A stretch of 55,983 bases of DNA, the filler included, from Sphacelaria rigidula (lineage: Eukaryota): assembly GCA_964200075.2 (NCBI GenBank). It is 6 parts of 6 records of this genome, joined end to end, with 100 filler letters (N's around TTAATTAATTAA, not from the genome) between each part and the next. Parts side by side here need not be neighbours in the genome. Positions count along the whole stretch, not along the records: positions 28,043 to 37,289 come from CAXNAA020008936.1; positions 37,390 to 46,636 come from CAXNAA020008937.1; positions 46,737 to 55,983 come from CAXNAA020008938.1; 3 more parts are not named here. One strand, 5' to 3'. The notes beneath the pieces were generated by a model. That model was given only the letters and a program-made list of their open reading frames with translations, did not search any database and had not been told where the DNA came from. Both the position numbers and the translations under genes were made by a program. The first letter of the stretch is position 1. The number at the start of each line of letters is the position of its first letter. Below are positions 36,769 through 50,009 of the stretch, one piece after another.

Positions 36769-37063
36769 GCGCCCCGGTAGTATAATGGTCCGACTGTCGC
36801 CATTAGGGTCGAGAGAACGAGGTTCGATTCCCGATGCGTGGGGTTTTTTCTTCGCAGTGTATGATTTCCACCGTGGAAAGCGTGAGAACGTGAGTAAACA
36901 AAGTAGTTGGCTGGGTTTGTGTTTGTGTAACGTGAGTTGACGCGGTGCGGGAGTGCTGACCCATTCCTCGAGAACAAAATGAAAGGCGCGTACCGGGGGA
37001 GAGATGAGTTGATCCCCTGAGACCACGGACTCATCCCGACGAAGGGGAGGGGTTCAAAGTGTG
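36769..37063 (+). mobile_element. tRNA-derived SINE family A, followed by a headless tandem copy (37080-37229)
   Basis: A box TAGTATAATGG, B box GGTTCGATTCC; body shared with 53142-53432. Confidence 0.8.
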
Positions 37064-37229
37064 AGGAAAAAACAAGTTTGGTTTTTTCTTCGTAGTGTAT
37101 GATTTCCACCGTGGAAAGCGTGAGAACGTGAGTAAACAAAGTAGTTGACTGGGTTTGTGTGACATGAGTTGACGTGGTGCGGGAGTGCTGACCCTTTCCG
37201 CGAGACCAAAATGAAAGGCGCGTACCGGG

Positions 37230-37289
37230 TGGGGGGTGTACTCATGATCTAGCATGCCATAGTCATACAACCATTGACCTCGCATCCCT
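37230..37289 (-). mobile_element. 3' end of poly(C)-tailed retroposon joined at a G-run of SINE A
   Basis: The intact SINE reads GTACCGGGGGAGAG; here GTACCGGG is followed by the retroposon end. Confidence 0.7.
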
Positions 37290-37389
37290 NNNNNNNNNNN
37301 NNNNNNNNNNNNNNNNNNNNNNNNNNNNNNNNNTTAATTAATTAANNNNNNNNNNNNNNNNNNNNNNNNNNNNNNNNNNNNNNNNNNNN
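37290..37389. other. Artificial contig spacer
   Basis: N44-TTAATTAATTAA-N44. Confidence 0.98.
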
Positions 37390-40300
37390 ATTCGGAGTGG
37401 GGACGTGCCTCCCTTTCAGAAGTGTGTGGTTGCCACCCGTCAAGGCCAAGCAAAAAATGAGGCCGCCCCCCCCCCCCCCCCCCTGACCGGGGTAGGGTAA
37501 ATACCCCATGTTGATTCAAGCTTCGCAAGTTCCGTTCACGACGAATCGGCTCACACGGTATCGTGCCTTGTAGCATGTATGCACAACCAGTATGGCACTG
37601 CGGTCACACGAGCACTTTCGTGAATTTGCGGAGTATAGAGTAAAAATGAAAATATTTCACCGTTAAATACGTGGTCATGGATGAGATACTCTAGCAAGTG
37701 GTTCGCGTTCCCAAAAGTATATGCTGTACCCGGTACTAATTGTAGTCGACACCATCTCGATAGCCCCTGTGTATCTCTTCCATAGGCAGTTCGTTAACTC
37801 ACATCTGCTGATTGAATATCGCGTTCAGTAGTTTCACTCAGGTAACACGGCCATCACTAATTTATGTGTCCCCACAGTGTATAGACTCGAGTAAACAGTA
37901 CACGGCAGAGGTTCTTCCGCATGCATAGTCTGACATTTGATATTCGATGGTGATTCGGAACAGTGCTGTTCCCACAGTGGAAGCAGATTACTCATGCACT
38001 ATTAGACTGAGTACAAAGTCGAGGATTTCATCGAGGAGATGATGCAGGCCGTAAACAGTCAGTACTGTCATCTTGTACAGCCATATTGTAGCAGAAATCA
38101 CAACTCAATCGGACGGTAGCATGTATAAGGATCGAGCGTCGGTATCCAAAAGTATCGCAGTACGACTCATGTGCAGGGTGAAGCATGAAGCAGAAAAGTT
38201 GACTCTGTCAAGCAATCGGCTGTCGGTGCAAAATACGACAGTTGTTGGAAGAACGCTTGTTTGCACATTCACACCAAGGTCAACAAACACTCAGTCAAGA
38301 CGTGAATGCAGCAATACAATATTGTGTGCACAGCCAGTACGGCGATGGCACGTAGTAGTACAGACAATAGTTCACAATACGGTACAGCGTCTTCATACTC
38401 ACAACGACAGGGCGGCGTACAGGCACATCTGCGCAGTTTATGGAGAGGAGTATTGTTTGTTTCATCCACATGATGACGGGGTGTAACGATTCATAGTTTC
38501 AACGTTTTCATTGCTGTGTGCGAAAGATCTCACCTGCCACGGCGTGTAAAGCAAGCATAGCATGGTCTTTTACGTGGTCGCAGGTGATACCCCCCCTAGC
38601 TTCATGTAACATCATCTTTCCCAGTGTACGCCTCCGTGCGCTTCACTCACCATCTGTTCGGTGGTTTGCCTCTCGATTACAACGTGTCAAGGCAAAAGCA
38701 AGGTTGGATAGCAGCTGATCGATGATGCTTGCAACAACGCTTGTCGTGTGATGCACGTGGCTACTTTGGGCGGGGGATTGCACTTCAAATACCCGCTATC
38801 CTGTTGAATGCATATAAATGGCACCGCTGTCATGTCTGCACCCCAAGCATCATACTCAGTCGGTTTATGGTCTCATACCTACCAGTATCAGTTGATCAGC
38901 AGGAGAATTATTGATGATATTATGCAGGTTGCCGAAAGATGGGTATCACCTTGGTTTGTGCACTGCGCAAACATTGTGACAACGCTATTTCAGGTGATGG
39001 GGGATGCACACAGCAGATGACCTGCCTTTATACCCCCAGTTCAACGGCACCAGACAGACAATAGAAGTACATCAAAACAGTCTACCGTAGGCGGCCGAAT
39101 TTACAGCTATATGATCAGTGAATCGAGAATCCAAGTGGACAGTATTTCCACGATATCCCTGGACCTTGATGGGGACATACACGTGTGCGCTTGTTACAGA
39201 TACATTACAGTCGTGCATAAATGCCGTAGAAACGCGGATTCACGTAGAATGAACGCTTCATGCATGCGGTCAGCTGAAATATCGAACCATCCGCAGTTTA
39301 TACTATATACTGTATACAATATAGGATATTTCATATTACCTGTACGGTATGCAGTATGAACACCACCTGAACAGCTGTAACCGTTGTTACGGATGCACCC
39401 CAAACATCAAACTCAGTCGGTTGGCAATAATCGCTGCGCTAATGCTGTGGACACGCATCTACAGGTGACGGAGGATAAACACAACCGACAGCGCCTTCAA
39501 GCGCACACGGGATTGACCGAGGATCAGTTCGTTCCATTTCACATTCTCAGATAGCAAGATGCGTCATCACATCCGCGGTTATCAATTAGAACGAATCAAC
39601 GAATTTTCGCATGTGGGGACCGAAACGTCACACTGGCTGATGCTCCGTTGGAAAAGCGCATTTCGGAAAATCGCAAGAGGAGGGATCAATACGTCACGGA
39701 TGACGACAGTCGACACAATAGTCCCGGTTGGAAGCACCATAGTACGGACAGTCTGTATGGTAGCCTCTCTGGCTTGTCCGTACACTAGTTCGTTTTTACT
39801 ACTGTCTCAATTGTCATGGTTGCCATGATCGCTGCTCAAGCACTGTGATAACGGATCTTCACAAGACGGGGCATAAAGTAAAATTTCCTACTGCAACCAA
39901 ACATGCGGCATATTTATTCATGTACAGTACAGTATGCATTGATTTGTAGGTACTCGCTCACCATCATCGCAGGGCAAAACGGTTTTCCTGCAGAAGGGAT
40001 GATCAGTTTAACGCAGAACAGCTTATCCTGAGTGCCAGGATATCTTGATCACAGCTTCAGGGCCGATTCGGTTTCTCTTTTGTGGTGGCGGTTTTTAGCT
40101 CGTTTCAGGTCACTTCGTTTCTGTTCCGAAGGATTTTAAAACCAGGGGGGCGGCTGTCACCGATTCTGAAAGAACCGAGTTCAAGTCGGATGTAAAGAGG
40201 CATATTTATATAACCGTCTTCGTACGGGCTCAAACATCCTCACCCCTGACTGCGGCACATTGCCAGTTCCCGCAGTCAGCCCTCCGGGACGTTTCCATCA

Positions 40301-42249
40301 AATAGATGGCCCGACCATTGTACTGCCCGTCCTCCATGTATGCCGCAATCCATAACATGGGGTGTATTGCATACGAGGGCAAGCACTACCACGACGACCC
40401 AGAATGGCCTTTCGCTCCTTACCTTCACTTCACATCCACCACCTCGCCGCAGAGACGTGCCGCATCCAACTGAACTGTACTTGCGTACTGTAACACCATG
40501 TTACGGTAGAAAACACCCCTCTGTAGAAAATGGTCATTATCTACGCCACACAGAGCCGTTCACACTCGCGCATATTCCGTCGCTGCACCCGCCCTTACGG
40601 CAGCCGGCGACCACAACCTTCCGCACATCCCCGCACACACAACATCGACAGTTGCGACCCGCAAACAGCGAACGCGGGCACAAGGAGTGGCCGGCACGCG
40701 TATGACGACGGCCGTACAGACGCACGCGGGAGCTCCAAACCCTAAATACCGCGCGCCGCGGCGGTAGTCACACGTCAACCTCGCGCTGACACCCCCAGCT
40801 AAACTATACTCAGAGATTCCGGCACACAATCCCCGCTCTCTACAGTGTAACGCTCCTCAGAATGCATGTTAACCAGACCAAACAGTATGACGGTGTTTAA
40901 CACCCCTATATTCTGTGTCGTCTACCTCATCTGTTCGCCACAATTTCGCGCCCCCCGCGCGCCCCCCGCGTCCCCCCTCGGGCCCCCTCTTTCCCCCACC
41001 CCGCCGCAAAACTCCACCATGCACACAACTCGGTCTATAGCGCGACAAATACCCGTTCCGCCCGTGAAAAAATAACACCGCCTCGTACCGGACTACTGCA
41101 CCGATATGCATTCGCCTCCACGCGTCTCCCGACCTCATTTCTCGCCGAAAACCCGATCCCCCACCGATAACACCACGCTCAGGGCCCCCGATTACTTCAG
41201 ACAAACAAAAGGAGCACCTGAAAGCCATACAGAAGAAAGGAGCGGCCGCGTCAAAAAAGAAGGAAGACGACAGGCGGCACCTTATCCTGGCACGGAAATT
41301 CCTCGCCGACAGGTCGAAAGAGAGGAGGACGTTGAGAAAGACGATCGAGCTGGTCAGGAGAAGGCGCGGTGAGCGTGTGGGCGAGGAGGGGGTGAGTACT
41401 CGCTTCTACATCAGATTTTATGAGGTTGACGATCCGCAGTCACATGCATTTTGTTTTGCCGGGAAAATAAAGTGGTGAGACATACGTGGCTGTGGATGCA
41501 CCGGGACATGTCGCCTCTGCGCCGCGTTCAAACCCCATGTGACGACGTAAACGAGCGTTGACCCGGACAGTACATCTGACACCAAGTGCAAATATCATAT
41601 TTTCATGGGCATAATGTAGGCTACTCGCGCCGCTAGGACGATGTCCAGCGGTTGTTATCGCGATGCATAGCAGAATGCCACAGGGAAACCATCACCGCCG
41701 TACATGTATCATTTCACATTTTTCACCACTTCTGCCGAGTTTTCTCTTTCGGCAAGGCATCTTATCCCGCGCTTTCTCTTGCAGTGCACGAAGAAGGTGC
41801 AGCGATACATTACCTTTCAGGTTTGGGTGTCATTTGATACATGTGGCGCGTGTTCTGGCTGTCGAAAGTCGCCCACACTGGCTCTTTTACGCGGGGTGTC
41901 GATCCCGAACCACAAAAGCCTCTTCAAGATCGTGGAAAACTTCAAACAGGAACCACAAAAGCCTGTTCATGGCGAGGCATTTCTTCACCGTGTGAGTTTC
42001 TTTGCATTGTCGTCGATTTGGGAGCACGAAGACAATGGTTATGCAGCGAATATCACGTGAACATGAAAGCAAAGCATTTAAAAACAATTGAACATTGCTC
42101 TGGCCTCAGTCAGCAACAAACGCAAGTCGAATAATCAGAGACCCTCTGTATTATTTAGTTTTGACGTGAAGCCTCTACCACCGTCATATCCAAGTCATAT
42201 GGGTCCCAGTTGTGCGAACTCAACAGTCCACAAAAGCATGTTGAAGATG

Positions 42250-42438
42250 GTTAATCCTGGCTTGTTTTGTTATATTTTTTCAAGTGAAAGTGATGCCGAT
42301 TCATCAGATGATGAGACCCTTTGACCGCCAGCGGTCAGGTCCTCCGACGAATCGCGATCACTTTCACTTGAAAAAATAGTACACAACTCAGAGCCAGCGT
42401 ATAAACCTTAAAACCGGGAGCCGAGTTTGATATACCTC
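42250..42438. mobile_element. Partial inverted copy of the 24381-24596 MITE
   Basis: Colinear reverse-complement homology. Confidence 0.8.
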
Positions 42439-42598
42439 TAATAAGAATAAGTTGAAACAGGATAACGATGTTAATCCCTTCACCGCGAGGGCAGGTCACC
42501 TGCTGAATCGGCATGAATACTTACTTGAAAAGAGTTTGCGTGATCTAGATGGAGTACCAGCACCGCGGTCCAAGGGTTAAACCCATACAGTCAAACCG

Positions 42599-42932
42599 GT
42601 CGCCCCGGTGGCTTAGTTGGTAACCTCGAAACCTTCTTCTGACGGTTGGGTAGTGGGTTCAATTCCCGGAGCGATCTGGGATTTTCTCTCCCACCATGCA
42701 CAACAGTGGAGAACGACTATGTCGTAGGTACACAAAATTCGACCTAACGGTCGACGAGGGAAAGGGGCTGCTGAACCCCTCTCGCGATAAAAAGAAAGGC
42801 AAGCACCGCAGAAGGAAGGTGATGTACTAAAAACAAATGAACAAGAAAAGGCTCCCGTGTTGACCTTACTCTCGTGTGACCCCGGCTGGTGCACCCACAT
42901 ATGCCGAAGGGTGTAGACTGGCGCCCAGAATA
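42599..42932 (+). mobile_element. tRNA-derived SINE family B
   Basis: A box TGGCTTAGTTGG, B box GGTTCAATTCC; body shared with 50852-51156. Confidence 0.8.
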
Positions 42933-43070
42933 GATGGGTCGACAACACACACACGCAGTCATGCAAACCCAGCAGTCGTTATCGTTCTACGTTGAGCAGA
43001 CTCACGGGTCCTGTCCATATGAAACTTCTGACCACGAGGAAAGTTCCTTGGGTGTCGGCTAGACTGCTAT

Positions 43071-43370
43071 AACAACGTTCACGTAAGATTGAGAGAACAG
43101 CGCTGATTGAGAGTTGCTTTGATCATTCCTTTCAACTCAGCCAAATTTCCATTTCGTGTATGCTTTTCTTTATCTCCGTTATCGGCGTGTGCTTCCGGCT
43201 ACACGTCGATATCCTACTCAGGGATATCAAGGGCCTCAGTAGCAAGCTACTACAGAGAGCATATCGGGTCCCGTGGAGGTGCATTTCGGGACTGAAACGA
43301 TTCATTCACTAAGTGACAGCATTTCGCTCTCAATCGTAACCTCTACTCTCAATTTCACGAAAACATTGTT
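43071..43370. mobile_element. 300-bp AAC-family MITE (inverted copy)
   Basis: Homologous to 20615-20914; TSD not evident. Confidence 0.88.
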
Positions 43371-43372
43371 CA

Positions 43373-45362
43373 GGCCAACTCTCATGGGAGCCGTTCAAAC
43401 GTCCTGTCGAAAACTGTATTGTGGATCCTTCTCTGTCGATTTACGCCCGAAAAGAGGGTTAGGCGGATGTTGACGGCTCGGAATGGCTTCTGACATTTCC
43501 CGCTGGCCGTACTTTTGTTTATGGGCAAATGAGGTCGAACACAGAGCTTCAGGAAAAAACGACCAGGTGATGAAAATTTCCAGGGATGTGTACGGAGGAC
43601 AATCCGCTCCGCGTTGCGGATTTGTTTTTCTCGAAACCTCACGGATTGGAGCGCGGATATCCGACTGTGTGAAAATCACGGATTATGACAGAGCGGATAT
43701 CCGCCAGCAAAAATGTCAAGGTGCGGAGCGGATTCTTTGAATATGGCACGGAGCGGATACCCGCCAGTGGGAAAAATCACGGATTGTCACGGAGCGGATA
43801 TCCATCCGCTTCAAATACACGGGTTATTGTGGAGCGGATGCCCGTGGCACGGATATTTTCACGGAGCGGTTTGCCCCCCTCCGTAGAACAAACCGCACAA
43901 ACCGGGGCATTTCTCCACGGTGCACCGTTGCAGTAATCCGTGAAAACGATACGATTATCCGCGAAAATTGTATGGACATCCGCGGATACATACCAGGAAG
44001 TACGAAAGGAGATGTTTTGCTGGGACTTTTGGCTGCTGGACAGGGTGCACGGCGGATTAAATAGATATGTAACGTCGAGAAAAAAAAAATCAATTGGGAA
44101 CATTGAATATTACATGACCTCTGAAGTAGGAGAGTGCTCGGCACTATGTTCGATATTGGAATCCATGGTATCAACCATCCGGGGTCCGCGCACCGCCGCC
44201 AAGTTCGAATTATGCTTTCCAGCTTAAGGCGCACGCTCGTCTCTGTGTGCGTATATGTGTGTGTTTCCCGTGCAAGGGGCGGTTTGCATATTCACGGCAG
44301 AATTTCAGAACCGTATCAGCGACGTGCTTATCCACAATAATATTTTTTATAATTCAAATTCCAACTTACCCAGCATTCGGAGCAGTTTCGCCCGTGAGAT
44401 TTCGTGGCTTTTCAGCGGTTTGATTTGAGTGATGCTGCGGAGGACGCACGGATGAAGTACGGAGCACATTTTCGTAATCATATCGGCGAATTGCTTATAC
44501 AAAAAATATTTTTTTTACTTTGAATTCTAAGTTATCCGGCATTCAGGACAATTTCGTCCGTAGAATTTCGTGGCTTTTCAGCGGTTTGATCTGAGATATG
44601 CTACGGAGAACGCACGGATAAAGTAGGGAGTGCAGACTTTCAGAATCGTATCGGCGAATTGCTTATCCAAAAACGATATTTTTTTAGTTCGAATTCCAAG
44701 TTATCTGGCATTCGAAACATATTCGTTCGTGGAAATCCGTAGCTTTTCAGCGGTTCGATCCGTAAGTTATGCCACGGAGAACGCACGGATTACCTACGGA
44801 GTGGATAAAACCGCACCGTAGAAAACTGCGTTTCACGGTTCCCACCGCGCAGATGTAATCTACACGGAGCGGAGCGGATATCCGCCAATGAAAATGCCAC
44901 GGATTATGGCGGAGCGGATATCCGCCAACGGAAATGTCACGGTGCGGAGCGGATTTTTCGAATATGGCACGGAGCGGAGCGGATATCCGCCAGTGAGAAA
45001 GATTCCGGATTGTCACGGAGCGGACATCCGCCCCCTACAAATGCCACGGAGCGGTGCGGATTGACGAACCGCACCGTAATAATCCGCTCCGCGGGTGTAT
45101 TTTTCATCCGTGCACATCCCTGAAAAGTTCGCCCTGTTTTTTTTATCGTTTGACCGTTTTTTGTTGAAACCTCGTGTGTGGCCAAAAATGAAAGTGCGGC
45201 CAGCGGGAGATACAACGTTGCCCTGGAAAGGCCTCAATGAGTAGAGCAAGTCATTCCAAGGTCTCAACATCCGCCTAGCCCTCTTTTCAGGCGTAAAACG
45301 ACGGAGAAGGCCGACAAAGGCAGTTTTGAACAGGAACTTTGAAGGGCTTCCATTGAGCGATG
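43373..45362. mobile_element. Foldback MITE (~200-bp arms) split centrally by a hAT element
   Basis: 43373-43580 is inverted relative to 45131-45362; another arm at 46140-46374; outer ends approximate. Confidence 0.75.
43581..45122. mobile_element. Non-autonomous hAT-type element with CACGGAGCGGATA subterminal repeats
   Basis: TIRs CAGGGATGTGTACGGA / TCCGTGCACATCCCTG; TSD AAAATTTC/AAAAGTTC. Confidence 0.88.
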
Positions 45363-46374
45363 CTACGGTAGGGCTGCACTTTTTGAGCGAAAATATTTCT
45401 CGGGGTGTTGCACGCATCATTTTGAGAATCGGCATCATTTTCAATTGAAAGACTGAAAATGATGCCGATTCACGGAAAGGCCCCTGTGTGCATCTCCATA
45501 TCCTGTCCCCGTCGATTTGAGCTCCTACAAAAACGAGACCCAGAAACAAAAAGTGCAACCCTTATCGTAGCATTACTCCATTAGAGCCGGTCTTCTAGGA
45601 GGTTTTGTTGAACTGTGTGTGTACCTTGGTAGCCACGGTACTACGAAGAAGTCCTGCACGCAGAGCTACACCATTTGTACATGGATCAGTCATACGAACT
45701 GTTACGTATCCGTCGACAGAGCACTCTGCTGCATTAGAAACTGATTGGTAACAGGTGAGCTAGACATAATCCTGTATACAGGGTTGCAAGTACCGTGCTA
45801 TTAATATACCGAAAAAGAGCTTGGGTGTAGTGAAACGATGATTACTGTAAGGAGGTGAACCAGAATGTCCTCCATGCGGGGCTATACTATCAAGCGCATT
45901 CCAATATTCAATACTTCGGGAAGGTGCTCCCGTTATCATCTGTCCTTGACACGAGAGCTACCTGGCACTCTGCCGCCAGCCTCAGTCCGACTTATCATTT
46001 TTCCAACAGACATGTATCCGAGTGTTCCACGCATTAGAATATTTCAGGAAGTTGCTCTCGTGTAGCAAGAGAGTTACTTGGCACTCTGGCATCTCGGGAA
46101 TAGCACACTCGTTTTACGCGGTGGATTAAGCCGTCTTAAGCCGACTCATATGAGAGCCGTTCAAAATTCCTGTCGAAAACTGTCTTTGAGCCCTTCCGTC
46201 GATTTACACCCGAGAAGAGGGCTAGACGGATGTTGACGCCTTGGAATGACTTGCTCTACTCGTTGAGACCGTTCTAGGGCAACTTTCCATTTCCCGCTGA
46301 CCGCACTTTTGGTTTTGGTCAAATGACGCCACACACGGATTTTCAGTAAGAAACGGTCACGTGATCAAAATTTC

Positions 46375-46560
46375 CATAAGTCGGACGAGCACGAGTGTGA
46401 CTCGTGGCACTCGCACTCGTTGGGCTGCTCGTAGGTCATGAAAACGAACAGGGCGAGCATTGCTCGTTGCGGGAAAATTAATAGAGTGAGCACTCGAGTC
46501 ATTGCTCGTTGTGTGAAAAAATAATAGGGCGAGCACTTGAGTCATTGCTCGTTGTTGAAA
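46375..46560. mobile_element. Probable end of a hAT-like element bearing the 43-bp array units
   Basis: Begins CATAAGTCGGACGAG (like the TIR of 10951-11183) directly after AAAATTTC; followed by GAGTCATTGCTCG units. Confidence 0.55.
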
Positions 46561-46636
46561 CAATTGATCCCTTTGGGACCGGGCCTGCAAAACGACCAAT
46601 TAGGCTGGTCAGGAATGACGTGTCTGGCGTCTGCAC

Positions 46637-46736
46637 NNNNNNNNNNNNNNNNNNNNNNNNNNNNNNNNNNNNNNNNNNNNTTAATTAATTAANNNNNNNN
46701 NNNNNNNNNNNNNNNNNNNNNNNNNNNNNNNNNNNN
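46637..46736. other. Artificial contig spacer
   Basis: N44-TTAATTAATTAA-N44. Confidence 0.98.
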
Positions 46737-47909
46737 ACGAAGATTTTAATCCTCCGGGTTCTCATCCTCAATCAAAAGCACCATCCTCAACATAGATGAT
46801 TGGCTGTTCAGTCCCATACACGAAGATGTCCCCGAATGAGTGCTGGCGGTGCTGGATAACGATTGTCACGTGTAAACTCTGTGCCTGGAAAATACCTTCT
46901 ACGGTCTGAGTAAAGATGATGTCCCCGAGCAAGTGCCCGTGGTTAACGACGAGTGTCATGTGTAAGGTCTCTTGCTGTTATTTGTTCATCTGCAAGGGTG
47001 GAAAAATGATGCTCCTGGATAGGTGCTGGTGATGGAGAACGAGTATCATGTGTAATTACCGGATCATATCGGTTCATCTGCCAGGGTCGAAGCATCAAAC
47101 AAACGACCTCCCCGAGCAACCGATGAGGGTGGACATCCGCTGTGTCATGTGTAAGATCACCGGCTAATGTTTTTTCATCCGCTAGAATCATATACACGAA
47201 GATGTCCCCGTCCGAGTGCTGGTGCTGGATAACGATTGTCACGTGTAAACTCTGCGCCTAGAATAATATGATCACCTTCCAAGGCCTGAGTAAAGATGAT
47301 GCCTCCGAGCAAGTGCCCATGGTTAACGACGAGTGTCATGTGTAGGGTCTCTTGCTGATATTTTTTCATCTGCCCGGGTGAAAAAATGATGCTCCCGGAC
47401 AAGTGCTGGTGATGGAGAACGAGTATCATGTGTAATCACTGGATCATACCGGTTAATTTGCCAGGGTCGAACCGACAACGACCTCCCCGAGCAAGCGATC
47501 GATGGTGGTGGACAATGAGTGTCATGTGTAAATGACTGGGTCAGATTTGCTCATTTGCCAGCGTCGAAGTAGACACGGCGTTCCCGAACGAATGCCGATG
47601 ATTTATGACGACAACCACATGAAAAATCACTAGGTAATGTATTCTCATCTCCCAGGGTCGAATGATAGACGGTGTCCCCGAAGGACAGCCGGTGGCTTAC
47701 GACGATTATCATGTGATGACCGAGTAAAAATTTCCCCCCGCGAGGCGCGACTTAGTGGCCATGTTCCTTTCATCTGCCATGCGCTCACTGATTATGGTGG
47801 TTATCCATGAATGCTGATGGTGGACCAAGATTGAAATATGTAAAACGCAGGGAAATGGGTGGCATGTTCATTGACGTGTTGAAGTGTCACCACAAAGTCC
47901 GGAATACTT

Positions 47910-48082
47910 CACACCTTGGACAATATAATATGGTCAATAGTTGCAATAGACAAGAAACGTATTGCATAAAGTATAGGCCTATTGCGGCTATTGTCGGCCG
48001 GCAATAGTTGTAATAGGCCTATACTTTATGCAGTACACTTCTCGTCTATTGCATCTATTGATCGTATATTGTCCAGAGTGTG
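47910..48082. mobile_element. 173-bp hAT-type MITE, TSD GAATACTT/AAATACTT
   Basis: TIR CACAC..TGGACAATATA; empty site visible in copy 1 near 12020; ~70-bp internal palindrome. Confidence 0.9.
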
Positions 48083-48659
48083 AAATACTTCCAAAAAGAG
48101 TACAGCGAACCGAGAAGACAATCACAACTTCCACCCAATCGCAGGCACCACGTGATCACCTACACTACCTCCCATCCACAGAAGGCGCACTCAACGGCAT
48201 CACCACCCCTGCCCGAAGAACAAACCGACAGCGATAGAGCGCACTCCCTTCCAGCGACGATCCCCCCCTCGCCCCTGAAACACGCCTTATCAAGCCTTTG
48301 TCTGCTCAAGTATCGCACGCAAAGAGACTACATCAACCCTCCCGAAGCGTTCAAACACTCGCATCAAAGAAAAGTTGTAAAAGCACCCTCTGCGGATCCA
48401 TGTGTCAAATCAATGCGCAGACGGTAGGTGCTCCTCCCTTTCTACGGTGCATACTATTTCGTACGATCCTGGTAAGGGTTGCCCTGTTGATGGCCTCGTT
48501 CCGTACGCCGTGAATGATTCGTAGAGAGTAATAGCCAAGACCTCTAGCCTCAGGAGGGAATTGTATTGCTCGTGGGGGTTAAGATTTACGCCGCTCATTT
48601 CGAGACATGAGAGACAACCTAGCGTACTTTCGCCTGCAGTCAGCGTCATGGTTTTTCTC

Positions 48660-48915
48660 GACACTTTTTACGATAGCCCCCCCCTCAAAAGTGCATGTTT
48701 TTGGGAGGCAAAATCTCCACATAAATCGGAATGGGAAAAGTCGAGCAAAACGAGCAGCTGGGAATTCCCACGCTTGAGTTCGCTCTAGCCAATGTCGCCA
48801 ATATGAAGCGCTTCATGCAGCCTGAACATAAACATCAGAGACGCTGTATGGCCATTTTTTTTCGTGATACCTTTGGGCTGGTTTTTTTGGGGGGGGGGCT
48901 ATCGTAGAAAGTGTC
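48660..48915. mobile_element. GAC..GTC-family MITE, 4-bp TSD TCTC
   Basis: TIR GACACTTT.TACGATAGCCCCCCC; empty site in copy 1 near 12580. Confidence 0.92.
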
Positions 48916-50009
48916 TCTCGTGCAGACCATCGGGCCCGATGTACATCCCGCTCGAGCATCCCGTGCGGGGATAGGGGCGATGCCGGCCGTTAGAGGTGTG
49001 CTTGTGGTCATAGTTGGCCGTGTCGTCGGATTTTGTTCCGTAGCCTGCGACCTTGAAGTCCTGCCCGGCGCTATCGTGTGGAAGAACATTCGGGGCCAGC
49101 GCTATTTGTGGAGACTTGGCCGAGGCAACATTTCGACTGAAGTCACTACCACTGCGTACGGCGCGCTCTGGAACAGGGCGAGGAAGGAGCACGGACGAGT
49201 AGAGATGACGGTCGAAACAGCAGGCAACATTGACCGTTAGTGCGTTTCGCGTTTTCCGATGTATGATTGTGAAGCAGTACAGTATACGGACTGCGTCGTA
49301 TGGGCTACGCCAGGAAACTGGGGTACATTGGTGCGCACATTGGGAAATTCAGTGTGCGCGTGTGGCAGCGCGTATGGAGAATCTGTGGCTGCGGGACCTT
49401 ATTAATGAGCACGCGCGACGGACTGACTCACCGGCTCTCATCCGTTTTTCCGGGTCAGCAGGGGGCGGGCCTTCCACAACGAAGCGGACCTTGGCCTGCG
49501 CGACGCATAGTAAAATAGAGCTTTCGATTGAGAATCTTGACGAGCAGAAACTGAGTAAGTAGCTCGTGGTGGAAAAAATAAACGACTTGAGTACACGAGT
49601 CATTGCTCGTGAAGAAATAAATGACTCCAGCACACGAGTCACTGCTCGTGCATAAAAAAATAACTGACCCGAGAAAATCGATCGTTGCTCGTGATTAAAA
49701 AAATGAAAGCTCGAGCACTCGAGTCATTGCTTGTGGGGGGGAAATAAATGGCTCGAGTACACGAGTCATTGCTCGTGGTTGAAAAAAAGTAATGACTCGA
49801 GCACACGAGTCATCGCTCGTGGTTTTCAAAATTAGTGACTCGGGTACACGAGTCATTGCTTTTGGTGAGATTCCGAGCACAAAAGAACAACTACATGAGG
49901 ATGATTTGGAGAACCCTACATCGCGCGGTAGCACGGGAACGTTCATTGGTCCAAATTCCAATGTCGACAAACGCCAGGCTTACCAAATGCTACCTTCCGT
50001 GCTGGAAAA

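Larger units (their letters stand above)
46810..49862. mobile_element. Composite interspersed repeat, copy 2, with two nested MITEs
   Basis: Colinear with 11192-14190. Confidence 0.8.

Noticed and set aside
36769..36845. Functional tRNA genes (also 42599, 51156, 53142)
   Set aside because: A/B boxes are present but acceptor and anticodon stems do not close, and each continues into a shared repeat body.
37390..41400. Host gene in the repeat-poor stretch
   Set aside because: Only short ORFs, no recognisable domain and no consistent exon chain; cannot be supported without searches.
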